DNA of 64,000 nucleotides from an uncultured virus (IMG/VR IMGVR_UViG_3300032305_002648) (Duplodnaviria > Heunggongvirae > Uroviricota > Caudoviricetes): IMG/VR virus record IMGVR_UViG_3300032305_002648; one strand, given 5' to 3'. The notes beneath the pieces were generated by a model that made no database searches, was not told the DNA's origin, and was given only the letters and a program-made list of their open reading frames with translations. The position numbers and the translations under genes are program-made. How positions within the stretch are numbered: the first letter of the stretch is position 1; each line of letters opens with the position of its first letter. Shown here in pieces: positions 27,457 through 37,433 of this stretch.

Positions 27457-28373
27457 AAGAAAAAAAATATAACTATGTTTACGCTGTTGTCAACTTTGAG
27501 CAACGATTGGCTTATATTGGCTCTAGGGGGGCTAATGTCTCGCCATCGGTAGACAACTACATGGGCAGCTTTAAAAAAGGCATTGAGTTTACCCCTAATA
27601 AAAAAATTATTCTTAGTGAACATTTAACACGTAAGGAAGCTTATGAAGCTGAAAGGGAATGGCAACTCAAGTATGATGTAGCAAAAAGTTCTTTATTTGT
27701 AAATAGAGGTATCCTTACGTCTTCAGGTTTTAGTAATGCAGGAAAAGTGGGGGGCATTAGCAGCATGCGAGGTAAAACCCATACTGTTGAAGCAAAAAAA
27801 CAAATTAGAGAAAAAATGCGGCATCGTTTTAAAAGCATCAATATTAAAAAGATTGATACAGGTGAAGTATTTAAATTCGATTCAATTGGACAAGCTTCAC
27901 GTGAATTAGGTGTGTCAAATGCTCAGTTAAGTTTTTTGTTGAGCGGCGCATACAAAAGAACCCATAACTATTGCCTTGAAAGCACTGATGTAAGCATTTT
28001 TAAAACAAAATTTATTTTAAAAAATGCAAGTACGGGTGAACTGGTTGAAGCAACTTCACGGGAAGAAATGGTACGTAAAATTGGGTCCAATTCTGGAGAG
28101 GTTTCTAGGGTTTTAAATGGCGTGCGTCTTTCAACCCATGGGTATTGCTTACCGGATACTGACATCAAGTTGCTTGGCATCAAAAATCGTGCTATAAAAC
28201 TTTTTAATACTTCTACTGGTCAAATAGAAGAGTTCAAAGGTGTTGTTCTTGCCGCTAAAAAAATTGGAGTAAGTTCCTCTTTGGTGTCAATGGTTTTAAG
28301 TGGTAAACGCCTTCGGGCAAAAGAGTACGTTTTGCCTCCCAAGCTGGCTGCAGCACAAGATTCTGCAGCGTAA
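27453..28373 (+). CDS. GIY-YIG homing endonuclease with NUMOD3 and repeated NUMOD1-type DNA-binding modules
   Basis: YVY-10-YIG, Y.GS, EA...E, N; GKTHT.EAK..I; three TGE...F.S...A...G repeats; AT-rich. Confidence 0.88.
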   Translation: MKEKKYNYVYAVVNFEQRLAYIGSRGANVSPSVDNYMGSFKKGIEFTPNKKIILSEHLTRKEAYEAEREWQLKYDVAKSSLFVNRGILTSSGFSNAGKVGGISSMRGKTHTVEAKKQIREKMRHRFKSINIKKIDTGEVFKFDSIGQASRELGVSNAQLSFLLSGAYKRTHNYCLESTDVSIFKTKFILKNASTGELVEATSREEMVRKIGSNSGEVSRVLNGVRLSTHGYCLPDTDIKLLGIKNRAIKLFNTSTGQIEEFKGVVLAAKKIGVSSSLVSMVLSGKRLRAKEYVLPPKLAAAQDSAA

Positions 28374-28452
28374 CGTAAAGATATGAAAGTAGCCCGGACC
28401 CCCCTGTGCTAAGGGCGCGAACTGGGCTAAGCTACCCCTAACCCCCTTCCCG

Positions 28453-31047
28453 TTGCCATATTCCCCTGTGAGCGCCACTGCGACCCCGGAGCCTCGTCGT
28501 CCCCATAAACACCTCCAACCCGGCGAAATTAAGCTCGATTGGATCCCTGTGGACTGGGCGTTGACCCCGTTGCGAGGGAAAAAGGCGTACCTGCCGGGGT
28601 GGACCACCAACCCGTTGACCGTATCACAGATCCAAAAAGAGATCGAGGAGGGGCGGGCTACTGGTATTGGGTTGCTGTCTGGACAATTTTCAAATGAATA
28701 TGGATTGATCTGGGTTGATTTTGATGGTCAAGAGGGTATTGATTTCGTTGAAAGACTGGGCGGTGGACCGATTGCTGAGATCTTTCCCCCGACATTGACG
28801 ATCGCCAGCGGGAAAGAGGGTCGGATGCGGATGTTGTTCCGCGTCAGTAATGAAAATATTGGACGGCTTCCTGAACGGGCAACGTTGAAGCTGGGCTCGG
28901 CACCGTTTGAGATGCTGTGGTCAAGCCGGCAGGGTGCTATTTGCGGGGCGCATCCTGAAACGAAAGGGTATAGGACGACAGGTCATGGGGGGTTTGAGTA
29001 TGCGGCGACACCACCAGAACTACCGGATTGGCTTTATGCAGAAATTGCAAAAGCTTATCCAAGTACAAAGTACAGAAAGCGCGGCGTAGGTGCTACCAAT
29101 TTTATCAATCAAAATATAACAATCAACTATGACACTGATTCCAAATATCATCTTGAATCATTGATTGAAGATGCCTGCGAATACTTGGGTGCAATGAATG
29201 TTGAACGTGCTGATGATTACCACGAATGGGTGCGCATCGGCATGGCTCTACACCAAATTGATGAAAGCCTACTACAGGCATGGATTGCATGGTCCGCGCA
29301 ATCAGCAGCATTTGAAGATGGGTGTTGCGAAGCAAAGTGGGCTACGTTTGAACGGTTGCCAGGTGGGCCAAATCCCGAAGGTGGCTGCGGTCTGAAGACC
29401 CTGAAGGCCATTGCAAAGGAGGACGGTTACGTTGACCTTGGCGGGCATACAGCACCTTCTATGGAGGCCATGATGCAGGCCGTCAAGTCAGGAATTGGGG
29501 TTGATGACGACGAAGATGATGAGGATGAAGATGATTATGAAGAGGAGCAGTATGGTGATGGTCCTGAGTTTAGCGCTCCTGGTGGTGTAAACCGTAATGC
29601 CCCCAAGAAAGGACGGAATCCGCCCTCGTCGCAACTGGCGGATAACCTGTTCCCACTGTTGCTACGTGATGGTTGGAGGTATGACCCGCAGTATGAGAAT
29701 TGGTTGCGTTATGACGCTGCTAGGGGGATTTGGCGTAAGCAAAGTCATAGGGAGGACTTTTTGCATAATGTGCAATTTCATCTCAAGATGGCTGAACTGC
29801 CCGGCGGCTACAGCACTAACCTTGTTCACGACGTTTCCCTATTGCTCCGTGGCTTACTTGCTTGTGATGAGTGGAACGAAGACGCTTCCAGGCTTGCCTT
29901 TGCTAACGGTGTCCTGGACCTTGATACCGGTGAATTTAGTGAGCACGCCAGGAAAAACTATCTGACATGGGGTCTGGATTTCTGCTATGAACCCAGTGCC
30001 GAGCCTGGACCGATTGGAGATTGGCTATTGCGTACACAATATGGTGATGAGGATCGCGTACAAGTTCTGAGGGCTTGGTTGCGGGCCTGCCTGGTTGGTC
30101 GCGGTAATGAAATTCAGCGTTTTCTGGAGATTATTGGCCCCGGTGGCCGTGGAAAATCAACCTTTGCTGGTCTTTGTACCGCATTGGTTGGCGCCGGTAA
30201 TTTCGCTAGCAGCACTCTAAACCAGTTGGAGCAGAGCCGGTTTGAGGTTTCGGCGCTGAAAGATAAGCGGCTGACCTTGATTAATGACTCGGAGCGTTAC
30301 GGTGGTTCTGCTCAGATCTTGAAGGCTTTGACGGGCGGTGACAGTCTGCGCTATGAGGAGAAGTTGAAGCCTATTGGCGATCCGTTCATCTATACAGGTC
30401 TGGTTATTATTGTTGCTAACGAACCAATTCAAACTTCGGATCCCACCAGTGGTTTAAGCCGCCGACGCTTGACCATTGAGTTTAACCGCCCGCTGTACGA
30501 CAAAGGTAGCGAAGCTAAAGACATGATTAAGATTGATCGCGGTGTTGTTAGCGGTGTCTGGGCGCAACATCTGCCCGGTTTGGCTAATTGGGTGTTGGCG
30601 TTGGGTGAAAAAGATATGCGCCGTTACCTGCTTGACACGCATGAGTTAGTACCCTCCTTACGTAAGGTCAAAAATGAGATCCTATTGAACAGTAATAACC
30701 TTATCGATTGGTTGCAGTCGGAGGTTGTTGTTGCTCCTGATAATGTTTGCGCCATTGGGAAGAAAATCCCGGCAGCCAAGGATGCACAGGAGCGTTACTG
30801 TAATTCAAACCACCACCTTTATCCGTCTTATGCTGCCTATTGCGAGGATACGGGTAGTAAGCCGGTTGGGCAGCGGCGTTTTGTTGCTCTGCTTTTGGAT
30901 TGCTGTAAGAATCAATTGCAGCTGAAGGATGTTTTTCAGTTTTCTAAGCAAGGGCGGATTTATGTGAAGGGCTTGGCAGTACGGGCCTCTGATCAAAAGT
31001 TTAAATCACACGCCACGATTTTGCCTGAGGGTAAAGAGAAGGAATAG
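28453..31047 (+). CDS. Primase-helicase: Prim-Pol domain, PriCT-2 domain, D5-like SF3 helicase
   Basis: P..GK.....W, VDFD, DY.EW..IGMAL...W..WS, GPGGRGKST Walker A, K.LTGGD. Confidence 0.95.
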   Translation: MPYSPVSATATPEPRRPHKHLQPGEIKLDWIPVDWALTPLRGKKAYLPGWTTNPLTVSQIQKEIEEGRATGIGLLSGQFSNEYGLIWVDFDGQEGIDFVERLGGGPIAEIFPPTLTIASGKEGRMRMLFRVSNENIGRLPERATLKLGSAPFEMLWSSRQGAICGAHPETKGYRTTGHGGFEYAATPPELPDWLYAEIAKAYPSTKYRKRGVGATNFINQNITINYDTDSKYHLESLIEDACEYLGAMNVERADDYHEWVRIGMALHQIDESLLQAWIAWSAQSAAFEDGCCEAKWATFERLPGGPNPEGGCGLKTLKAIAKEDGYVDLGGHTAPSMEAMMQAVKSGIGVDDDEDDEDEDDYEEEQYGDGPEFSAPGGVNRNAPKKGRNPPSSQLADNLFPLLLRDGWRYDPQYENWLRYDAARGIWRKQSHREDFLHNVQFHLKMAELPGGYSTNLVHDVSLLLRGLLACDEWNEDASRLAFANGVLDLDTGEFSEHARKNYLTWGLDFCYEPSAEPGPIGDWLLRTQYGDEDRVQVLRAWLRACLVGRGNEIQRFLEIIGPGGRGKSTFAGLCTALVGAGNFASSTLNQLEQSRFEVSALKDKRLTLINDSERYGGSAQILKALTGGDSLRYEEKLKPIGDPFIYTGLVIIVANEPIQTSDPTSGLSRRRLTIEFNRPLYDKGSEAKDMIKIDRGVVSGVWAQHLPGLANWVLALGEKDMRRYLLDTHELVPSLRKVKNEILLNSNNLIDWLQSEVVVAPDNVCAIGKKIPAAKDAQERYCNSNHHLYPSYAAYCEDTGSKPVGQRRFVALLLDCCKNQLQLKDVFQFSKQGRIYVKGLAVRASDQKFKSHATILPEGKEKE

Positions 31048-31076
31048 AATATAGTTACTGTTTTGGGGCTTGTTTT

Positions 31077-31301
31077 GTGGGCAAACAAGTCCTCATGCGT
31101 TACGCGGGGAATGCTTTACTTCTTATTGGCTATTGGTTTTTGTTGTTTGTCGATCAACGGGTTGGATTGGTATTAAGAATTATTGCGCCATTGTTGTTTT
31201 TACCTTCTTGTATTCGCCTAAAGCTATATGATATCTTGTTTTTGACCGGCGTGTTTCTCTGCATGGATGCCGTCAAACTGTTTTCCCTGCTCCGCCACTG
31301 A
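31077..31301 (+). CDS. Small membrane protein
   Basis: Three hydrophobic segments; TAGAAT upstream. Confidence 0.7.
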   Translation: MGKQVLMRYAGNALLLIGYWFLLFVDQRVGLVLRIIAPLLFLPSCIRLKLYDILFLTGVFLCMDAVKLFSLLRH

Positions 31302-31579
31302 CCTCGATTCTGTGTTATGCTTTGTGGGCAAACCTTTCTTTGAGAGGGCGCCAGGTCCAGTTGCCGGTGAGCAGCGGGAAAAAAGTCCGCATCCCCGAGA
31401 AGAGCGGACACTCACCAACTCAATTAAAAACCTGGACCCGGATCTTTGCCCGTTGCCAAGATGGTACAGGCACGTTTATAGATTAGGGAGTTGGTTTTAC
31501 CGGCTGTTTCTAGGGCTGTTTTGACTTTTTCCCAATTTTCTTTTGTACGTTGATCCACTTTGTTGTTGTAACGTTTATA

Positions 31580-32017
31580 TCAAGTTACACGAATTTGTAA
31601 TACTGAGCCGTTACGGTAGATACCATTGATTGCAACACCGCCTGAGGCAGCTGCAGCATCGTTGGCATAGTTACCAAGGCCTGCTAAGTTCAAAGTGCTC
31701 GGTGTTACGGTTGCGGGACCAGGTGTTCCGACGTTAATGGATTGCCCCAGTGCAACGATGAAACAGGTCAAAGAAGCGACGGGAGCCGTGGTAAACGTGA
31801 TTTGACTTCCGCTTACGGTGTAGTCCGTTTCTGGACTTTGGATTACACCGCCGAGGGATACGATGAGTTGTTGGGCGCTACCGGGGCTGTAGTAATAAAT
31901 TGATCCACCAGGAGGTAAGGCAAGTTGGAAGGTTGTAGTGCTGCCATTGAAACCACTGGTAATATCTTGCAGTTTTGCGACGAATCCAACAGTAGGCGCC
32001 GAACCAATGTAGGCCAT
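31580..32017 (-). CDS. Short tail-fibre-type structural protein
   Basis: MAYIG..P...DI...FNGSTTTF.L; paralogous to N-terminus of 48288..49697. Confidence 0.8.
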   Translation of the reverse strand: MAYIGSAPTVGFVAKLQDITSGFNGSTTTFQLALPPGGSIYYYSPGSAQQLIVSLGGVIQSPETDYTVSGSQITFTTAPVASLTCFIVALGQSINVGTPGPATVTPSTLNLAGLGNYANDAAAASGGVAINGIYRNGSVLQIRVT

Positions 32018-32059
32018 GTTAGTTGTTACTTCTACCCAGCATAACAATGATTATAGCAG

Positions 32060-32281
32060 TTAAGCATCGTCTTTGATTTGCACCAGCAGGGCAAGAACTG
32101 TAGTGAGGGCACTTTCAAATGCTTTTTGTAGGTGATCAGCATAACTAACGCACTGCTCCTGGGGGGCAATCACGGTTTTGGTGTAACAAGATATAGCACC
32201 AATTAAGTAGATGCCAAATTGGATTGCAAAAAGCCCCGCAATGCAATGAAGTATGAACTTTTGTGCATTGAAGGGTTTCAT
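32060..32281 (-). CDS. Small membrane protein
   Basis: Two hydrophobic segments. Confidence 0.65.
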   Translation of the reverse strand: MKPFNAQKFILHCIAGLFAIQFGIYLIGAISCYTKTVIAPQEQCVSYADHLQKAFESALTTVLALLVQIKDDA

Positions 32282-32295
32282 TTTAGAGGCGTTGA

Positions 32296-32556
32296 CTACT
32301 CTTGCTCGCTAACCACTGGAGCCTTTGATGCCCCGTAGGCAGCAACCACCTCAGATGTCCACAATGCCGCAGCAACGGCTTGCAGCTCGGCGCAGTCATT
32401 GCTTACGTCATCACCAGGAGCGCGGGTGTGTCGGTGATAGGTCTTGCCTACTTCAACGCCATCTTTCTCGATGATGTCAGCGCGACGACATTGGATGATG
32501 CTGTAAGGCGGGACGATCTCCAGTTGATGCTCATGACGCTCTGTGAATGATGCCAT
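32296..32556 (-). CDS. Putative tail fibre chaperone
   Basis: Follows tail fibre; IQ.R...II.KDG.E....YHR...V..A.WT.EV..AY. Confidence 0.75.
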   Translation of the reverse strand: MASFTERHEHQLEIVPPYSIIQCRRADIIEKDGVEVGKTYHRHTRAPGDDVSNDCAELQAVAAALWTSEVVAAYGASKAPVVSEQE

Positions 32557-32626
32557 TTTAGGAACTGCCGACTGGCAGGAACAGGTTTAATGGTTGTAGT
32601 TTTGAGCCGTTGCGGGCTTAGAGAGA

Positions 32627-33691
32627 TTACACAAAGTAAAAGCCATTAAGCTCGACCAAAGTTGAGCCTTGAAAAATTGCATTTGTCGCATCATCGGCGG
32701 CAGCCGCCGTTCTTGACCTTAGCGTCGCGGAGGTTCCGCTAGCAATCCAATTTATGCTTACTACATTTGTAACGGAACCGGCAACTCTAGCAGGATTTAC
32801 CCAGTTTGAAGTGACTGCAGTTGAAAATGGCAGCCCCGTTATGGTTGTTGTTGACCCGGTTCCTATCGAATTAACTGCAATATAGGCCGTGACATATACA
32901 GTTCGCCCAATCTTCGTGTAGGTTGCTTGGTTGGTGGTGTAAGTGGCTGTCCCCCCAAGACTCGGCGTCCACGTCCCTTCCTCATAATCATCCAGCGTAT
33001 TAGCATCACTTGCTGCTACGGCAGTTGCAGGGAAGGTGATCCCGCTACTGAGTTGCAGGATGCCGCCGTTAGCGTTAGATGCAGCAGTGCCAATCCCTAC
33101 AAGCCCATCGGCGCGGATGCGGAGGCGTTCACTGTTGCCGACAAAAAACCGGACTGGCAAATTACTGCCAGTTGTATTATATGAAGCAACAAAAGTCCAA
33201 ACACTACCAAAAACTCCAACGCCCAAGAAAGAATCATCGTCAAATTTTTCAATTTGCAAACCATCGTAAGTATCTCCCGTTTGCTTAATTTGAAGGCGTT
33301 GATTAAGGCCTGCACCTGCTCCAGGAGTTTTGTTTATTCCAACTCGGCCGGCAGCATCAACAAAGAATCTGTTAGACCCACCAGTACTAATCCCAACCTG
33401 GTCCGCACCGGGGCTGTAGATGCCGGTGTTCAAATCGCCAGTGAAGGTAATCGACGGGGTGCCGACTGCTCCAAGGGGATGAACTACAGGCAGGGTTGAA
33501 GTAGTTGCTGCGGTATCAACTGTTAGTCGCTGCGTCCCATTAGTTGAGATAGCTAGCTGCCCCGAACCCGGAAAATAAATACCAGTCGTACTATTTGCGG
33601 AGTAGTTAATGCTGGGTGCTGCTGCACTGCCTGCGCCAAATGAAACAGAAACTACACTGCCATCAAGAAGTTGTGCTTTTGTTTGCGACAC
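32627..33691 (-). CDS. Tail fibre protein
   Basis: GSAAAPSI, TGIYSPGADQV.IST, ERLRI, ANTLDDYEEGTWTP. Confidence 0.9.
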   Translation of the reverse strand: MSQTKAQLLDGSVVSVSFGAGSAAAPSINYSANSTTGIYFPGSGQLAISTNGTQRLTVDTAATTSTLPVVHPLGAVGTPSITFTGDLNTGIYSPGADQVGISTGGSNRFFVDAAGRVGINKTPGAGAGLNQRLQIKQTGDTYDGLQIEKFDDDSFLGVGVFGSVWTFVASYNTTGSNLPVRFFVGNSERLRIRADGLVGIGTAASNANGGILQLSSGITFPATAVAASDANTLDDYEEGTWTPSLGGTATYTTNQATYTKIGRTVYVTAYIAVNSIGTGSTTTITGLPFSTAVTSNWVNPARVAGSVTNVVSINWIASGTSATLRSRTAAAADDATNAIFQGSTLVELNGFYFV

Positions 33692-33866
33692 TGCTGCTAC
33701 TCGTTATTTTCTGATGTTTCTATTCTACATTGTTGGTCAAAATTTGACCATGTTTTATCCCCAGGGATGGGTTCCATGCCGAAATCCCAATCGGAATAGG
33801 AGTCAGAATTACGCAATTTCTTGGCAAGTTCTGCGATCCAGCTTTGGATGAGATGAGTCGGCATGG

Positions 33867-34334
33867 TTAGGCCGGAGGCAGTAAAGAATTGCGTAGTTGT
33901 TTAATTCTTCTTTCAAGTTCCCCAGGTTTAAGCCTTGGGTAAGGTTTGGAGGCCGGATTTGCATTGAAATCTTGAATCCATTTATCGACGATTGGTGAAT
34001 CTATGTCGGGAATCAGGTCAAAGGAGGGAAGGGAGGCTTGCAGGTTACCGGGCGGTTGCTGCTGCTGTTTGTTCAGAAAATTATTAAGAAAATCTTTGGG
34101 TGGTTGTGTGATGGGGAGTGACAGTTTATCGATTAAGTCCCGAGAGAAGGGTTGGCCGGGGCTGCCACCCACGCCGGGAGCTGGTGCGTTGGCAACATAA
34201 CCACCAAGGTATGGGGGTACATCTGTACTAGAACCACCTGCGTAGCCGCCTTGAACACCGAAGGAGGGGATATCGGTCCCAGATTGGCCGAAGTAGTTAT
34301 CTCCAGAAAATTGTTCGGCGTAATAGGAGGCCAT
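33867..34334 (-). CDS. Low-complexity hypothetical protein
   Basis: Gly/Pro/Gln-rich; DFLNNFL motif. Confidence 0.7.
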   Translation of the reverse strand: MASYYAEQFSGDNYFGQSGTDIPSFGVQGGYAGGSSTDVPPYLGGYVANAPAPGVGGSPGQPFSRDLIDKLSLPITQPPKDFLNNFLNKQQQQPPGNLQASLPSFDLIPDIDSPIVDKWIQDFNANPASKPYPRLKPGELERRIKQLRNSLLPPA

Positions 34335-34377
34335 GTTACGTGCGCAGGTTAAGAAATGGTTAAATTATTTGAAATTG

Positions 34378-35340
34378 TTATTCGGGGCCGCCAAAGTAAA
34401 CGGCGTAATCATTGCGGTTGTTAACCATATTTTTCTGCATGGCGGCATAATCACGGCCAGGGAAGTTGTAGCTGCCCCAATTTAAACCGGTTAGCTTCAT
34501 GTTTTGCAGAAAATCCCCAGCACGCTGCAATGCGGTAGATGATTCTGTTCCCACCCCGGCTTGTTCTGCTGTTTTGAACTGTTGCTCTTGGGCCTCCGCT
34601 GCAGGGTTGAAGCTCGTGTCAAAACCGGAGACCGGGCTAGGACCGCCTGATGGTGCATAATACTGCCCACTTGCCATCGCAGCCCTGATTGCATCGTTGC
34701 TGGGACCGGCGGTAGGTGCGCCGCCACCGACACCCTTCCACAGTTCTTCCATTGACGGTACGTCACCACGTGCCTGCATCAGTGGGTTGAACGTACCAAC
34801 GGCGCCACCGGGTTGAGCCATTTTGCTTCCGGCGTAGAAGTCTTTCCAGATGTCCATGCCTTGGTCACGGGCTTCTTGAGCGGCACCGGGGATGGGGCCT
34901 TTAGACGGATCGTAGCCTTGGAGGGCTTGACGGGCAAGGGTTGCTTGGTTGTTGTAGGCGTTGAGGCGTTGGCGATATTCGTCGGGGATACCGTCTTGAC
35001 CTTGGACAATAGTGTTCGGGCTGACACCAGCGGGTCCGGCACCTGCAACGGGAGCTTGGCCACGGGTCGGTGCAGCCGGAGCTTGCCCCCGGATTGTGGG
35101 AATATAAGCGCCTGCATTGCCCCCACCCAGCCCCGTAGGCACACCTTCGGGATACTGCATGATCTGCCTTGCACTGGCGGGAAGATTACCAAAGTTTGGT
35201 CCACTACCTGCACGAGCCCTATAAAGAGCCCCTGTAGTGGGGTGATAGTCACTGACACCCTTTGGATTCGCTGGGGGCCCAAAAAAACGTGTAAATCCTC
35301 GTCCAAGCATATTTTCAAGTGTATAAGGATTGCCGGCCAC
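34378..35340 (-). CDS. Low-complexity Gly/Ala/Pro-rich protein, candidate virion-internal protein
   Basis: 320 aa ORF; RGQAP tandem repeat; GDFLQN motif. Confidence 0.75.
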   Translation of the reverse strand: MAGNPYTLENMLGRGFTRFFGPPANPKGVSDYHPTTGALYRARAGSGPNFGNLPASARQIMQYPEGVPTGLGGGNAGAYIPTIRGQAPAAPTRGQAPVAGAGPAGVSPNTIVQGQDGIPDEYRQRLNAYNNQATLARQALQGYDPSKGPIPGAAQEARDQGMDIWKDFYAGSKMAQPGGAVGTFNPLMQARGDVPSMEELWKGVGGGAPTAGPSNDAIRAAMASGQYYAPSGGPSPVSGFDTSFNPAAEAQEQQFKTAEQAGVGTESSTALQRAGDFLQNMKLTGLNWGSYNFPGRDYAAMQKNMVNNRNDYAVYFGGPE

Positions 35341-35380
35341 GATTTTAACTTTACCTTTTCCTATAATTGTATCACCGGCA

Positions 35381-35614
35381 ATGATTACAACCGCTGTGGA
35401 ACTGATCTCTACTTTGAAAAACGGGACAACGATAGAACAATACGTAGATGGTGGTGGGCATTTGACCTACCGGATCTGCACGCCAAGTCAAGCGATCTGC
35501 CGGTTGACGGACGTACACCATTGCGCAACCTCGTATGCGGAGACGTTTGACCAGATGGCACTGAAACCCGGAACAGCCAAAACCGAGGGCAAAAGCGGGG
35601 TAGAAGAGGGCTGA
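35381..35614 (+). CDS. Hypothetical protein
   Basis: ATG 35381. Confidence 0.55.
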   Translation: MITTAVELISTLKNGTTIEQYVDGGGHLTYRICTPSQAICRLTDVHHCATSYAETFDQMALKPGTAKTEGKSGVEEG

Positions 35615-35784
35615 AAGGGGCAATTGACACACAAATAACTCCCCTAACTCCCCTGAAAAACGGTCAAAATCGTTAGGGGTGCAGGGGTCTTGCATGGGCT
35701 AGGGCAGCAAAACGCTGTCAGGGGCGAGGTTTTGAAGTTACTGATAGTGAGTTGATGGTTTGGGGTCATTTTGTTTCCCCGTGT

Positions 35785-35886
35785 AGCGGTTAGGGGTGGA
35801 ACACTGTGTGTCATATTTGTGTGTCAGTTGGGGGCCGGAAAAATTTACACACAAATGTTACACACACTGTTCCACCCCTAGCTGCT
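35785..35886. repeat. 40 bp imperfect inverted repeat in non-coding region
   Basis: Arms 35785..35824 and 35847..35886, 35/40 identical, 22 nt spacer. Confidence 0.92.
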
Positions 35887-36000
35887 TCTATAAGAAATAA
35901 AAGGAAGGGTATCCAGAAATTTAATATCAGTAAATTCAAACCCGTTGACACAACTTGCTTTTTGCCCTACGCTACCCATATCCCATACCAACCCCTAGCG

Positions 36001-36537
36001 ATGCGTTTAGTTGGTGATACCTACGCAACCGATTTTTGGTCGGTTTTTCTTCTCTCCGGTCTCACCAGGAAAGACGCTCTCTACGTTGCCGAAGCCATGG
36101 CCCACTTCCAAACGGTGGCGGCCCCCGGTCAGTGCTGGTGCGTCAAATCCCGTAAGCACTTAGTCCTCAAGGGTTTTGAGGGCGGCGGTAATCGTTTGGT
36201 TCCCTACTACAAGGGCAAGAATGCTCGCTTCCTTGTCCTTGCGCTAATCAACCAATTCGCCACCGCAGAGGCACCTGTAGCCGTCCGCAAGGCCGCCTGT
36301 AAGTCCCAGTGGTGCATCAACCCTGAGCACTATTACTTCGGCACCAGGAGTGATGTGAAGCTCGAAGACAACAAAAGGAAGGGCGGTAACCTAAGCCCAG
36401 AGTTGATAGCGGAGATTCGGCAGCTGAAAGCCGAGGACCCACGGAAATGGACAGCTGCTGCTCTTGCTCGGCACTACAACATGCGCTACCATGTGGTTCG
36501 CAGGATTTGCTTGGGGGAGACCTTCGGTGGAAATTGA
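36001..36537 (+). CDS. Degenerate HNH (Zn-loop type) protein with C-terminal HTH
   Basis: C....CINPEH...GT...; usual catalytic His not evident; LARHY.M....VRRI..GET. Confidence 0.7.
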   Translation: MRLVGDTYATDFWSVFLLSGLTRKDALYVAEAMAHFQTVAAPGQCWCVKSRKHLVLKGFEGGGNRLVPYYKGKNARFLVLALINQFATAEAPVAVRKAACKSQWCINPEHYYFGTRSDVKLEDNKRKGGNLSPELIAEIRQLKAEDPRKWTAAALARHYNMRYHVVRRICLGETFGGN

Positions 36538-37117
36538 AAATTCAAGCGTTTTGCAACAAAACTTAACCAAAATTCGTGGGAAATTTAGGGAGGAGCTAGG
36601 CAAGCATCAGCAACTACAGCTGGATTCCGTAAAGACGACCTGCCCTTGGCACAAAGAAGGTAGCGTAGGTCACATTGGTAACTTTGGACGGATGCATGAA
36701 TGTCTGGATTGCGTTGAGGAAATCAAGGTCGGGAGATGTGAACTAAATGTTAAGAACTTTAAGCTGAAAGATTACTGGATTATCAAAGCTTTTTGGGAAA
36801 AAGTTGATATTAAAGGACCAAATGATTGCTGGCTTTGGAAGGGCGCCACGCGAAAAAATGAAACAGAAACCATCGCATATTTTCCCTCTCCATTTCACAG
36901 TACAAAAAGTCAATCAGCTGCTAGGGTGGCTTTTTGGGTTACGCGGGGCTACACGGGTAAGCTACGGATTGCCCACCAAGAAGGCTGTCCTGCGCTATGC
37001 TGTAACCCGTCGCATCTGAAGGTGTTTGGGATTAAACCTGAACCCCCCAACACAAAAATCACTACAATAGATCTAAGTTATGGCAACATCTTTCAAACCC
37101 ACAGCAAAACGCTCTGA
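36527..37117 (+). CDS. HNH endonuclease (Zn-loop type)
   Basis: FWEKV...GPNDCWLWKG, A.RVAF, H...C....CNPSHL; start GTG 36527. Confidence 0.85.
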   Translation: MEIENSSVLQQNLTKIRGKFREELGKHQQLQLDSVKTTCPWHKEGSVGHIGNFGRMHECLDCVEEIKVGRCELNVKNFKLKDYWIIKAFWEKVDIKGPNDCWLWKGATRKNETETIAYFPSPFHSTKSQSAARVAFWVTRGYTGKLRIAHQEGCPALCCNPSHLKVFGIKPEPPNTKITTIDLSYGNIFQTHSKTL

Positions 37118-37139
37118 AACACTGGCTACGGCATATCAC

Positions 37140-37373
37140 GTGCCCAATCCACGTTATTTTGCGTGGGTGTCCATCGGTGCGGAAGTAATCTATTCGGAAC
37201 CGTATAACACCAGGGAAGAAGCGGATAACGAACGCCGCTGCATTGAAAAGCGCCTTAGCTACGAATTGATTGAAACAATGGAAGGCGAAGGCTGCTATCC
37301 CGAGCGTGCTAAACTTATGGAAGAGCGCTATCAAGCCAGCGGTCGAACCAACGGGCTGTATTCAAACTTGTGA
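37140..37373 (+). CDS. Small protein with AP2-like pattern
   Basis: YFAWVSIG......Y.TREEA...R...EK.L. Confidence 0.5.
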   Translation: MPNPRYFAWVSIGAEVIYSEPYNTREEADNERRCIEKRLSYELIETMEGEGCYPERAKLMEERYQASGRTNGLYSNL

Positions 37374-37433
37374 TAAAATTGTGGGACAGCGGAGTTCGCG
37401 CTCCCTGCCCCTGGCAACCTCACAACAGGTCAC
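37371..37433 (+). promoter_or_regulatory. Extended -10 promoter plus structured leader of HNH-AP2 copy 3
   Basis: TGaTAAAAT...GGGACAGCGGAG-TTCGCG-CTCCCTGCCC...ACAGGTCAC-ATG. Confidence 0.8.

Noticed and set aside
29500..29560. GAT/GAC/GAG microsatellite
   Set aside because: Encodes the acidic linker of the primase-helicase.
34813..35550. 245 aa + strand ORF
   Set aside because: Antisense shadow of 34378..35340; no recognisable motifs. Same for 18572..18970, 48481..48945, 52236..52769, 57294..57869 and 63584..63985.
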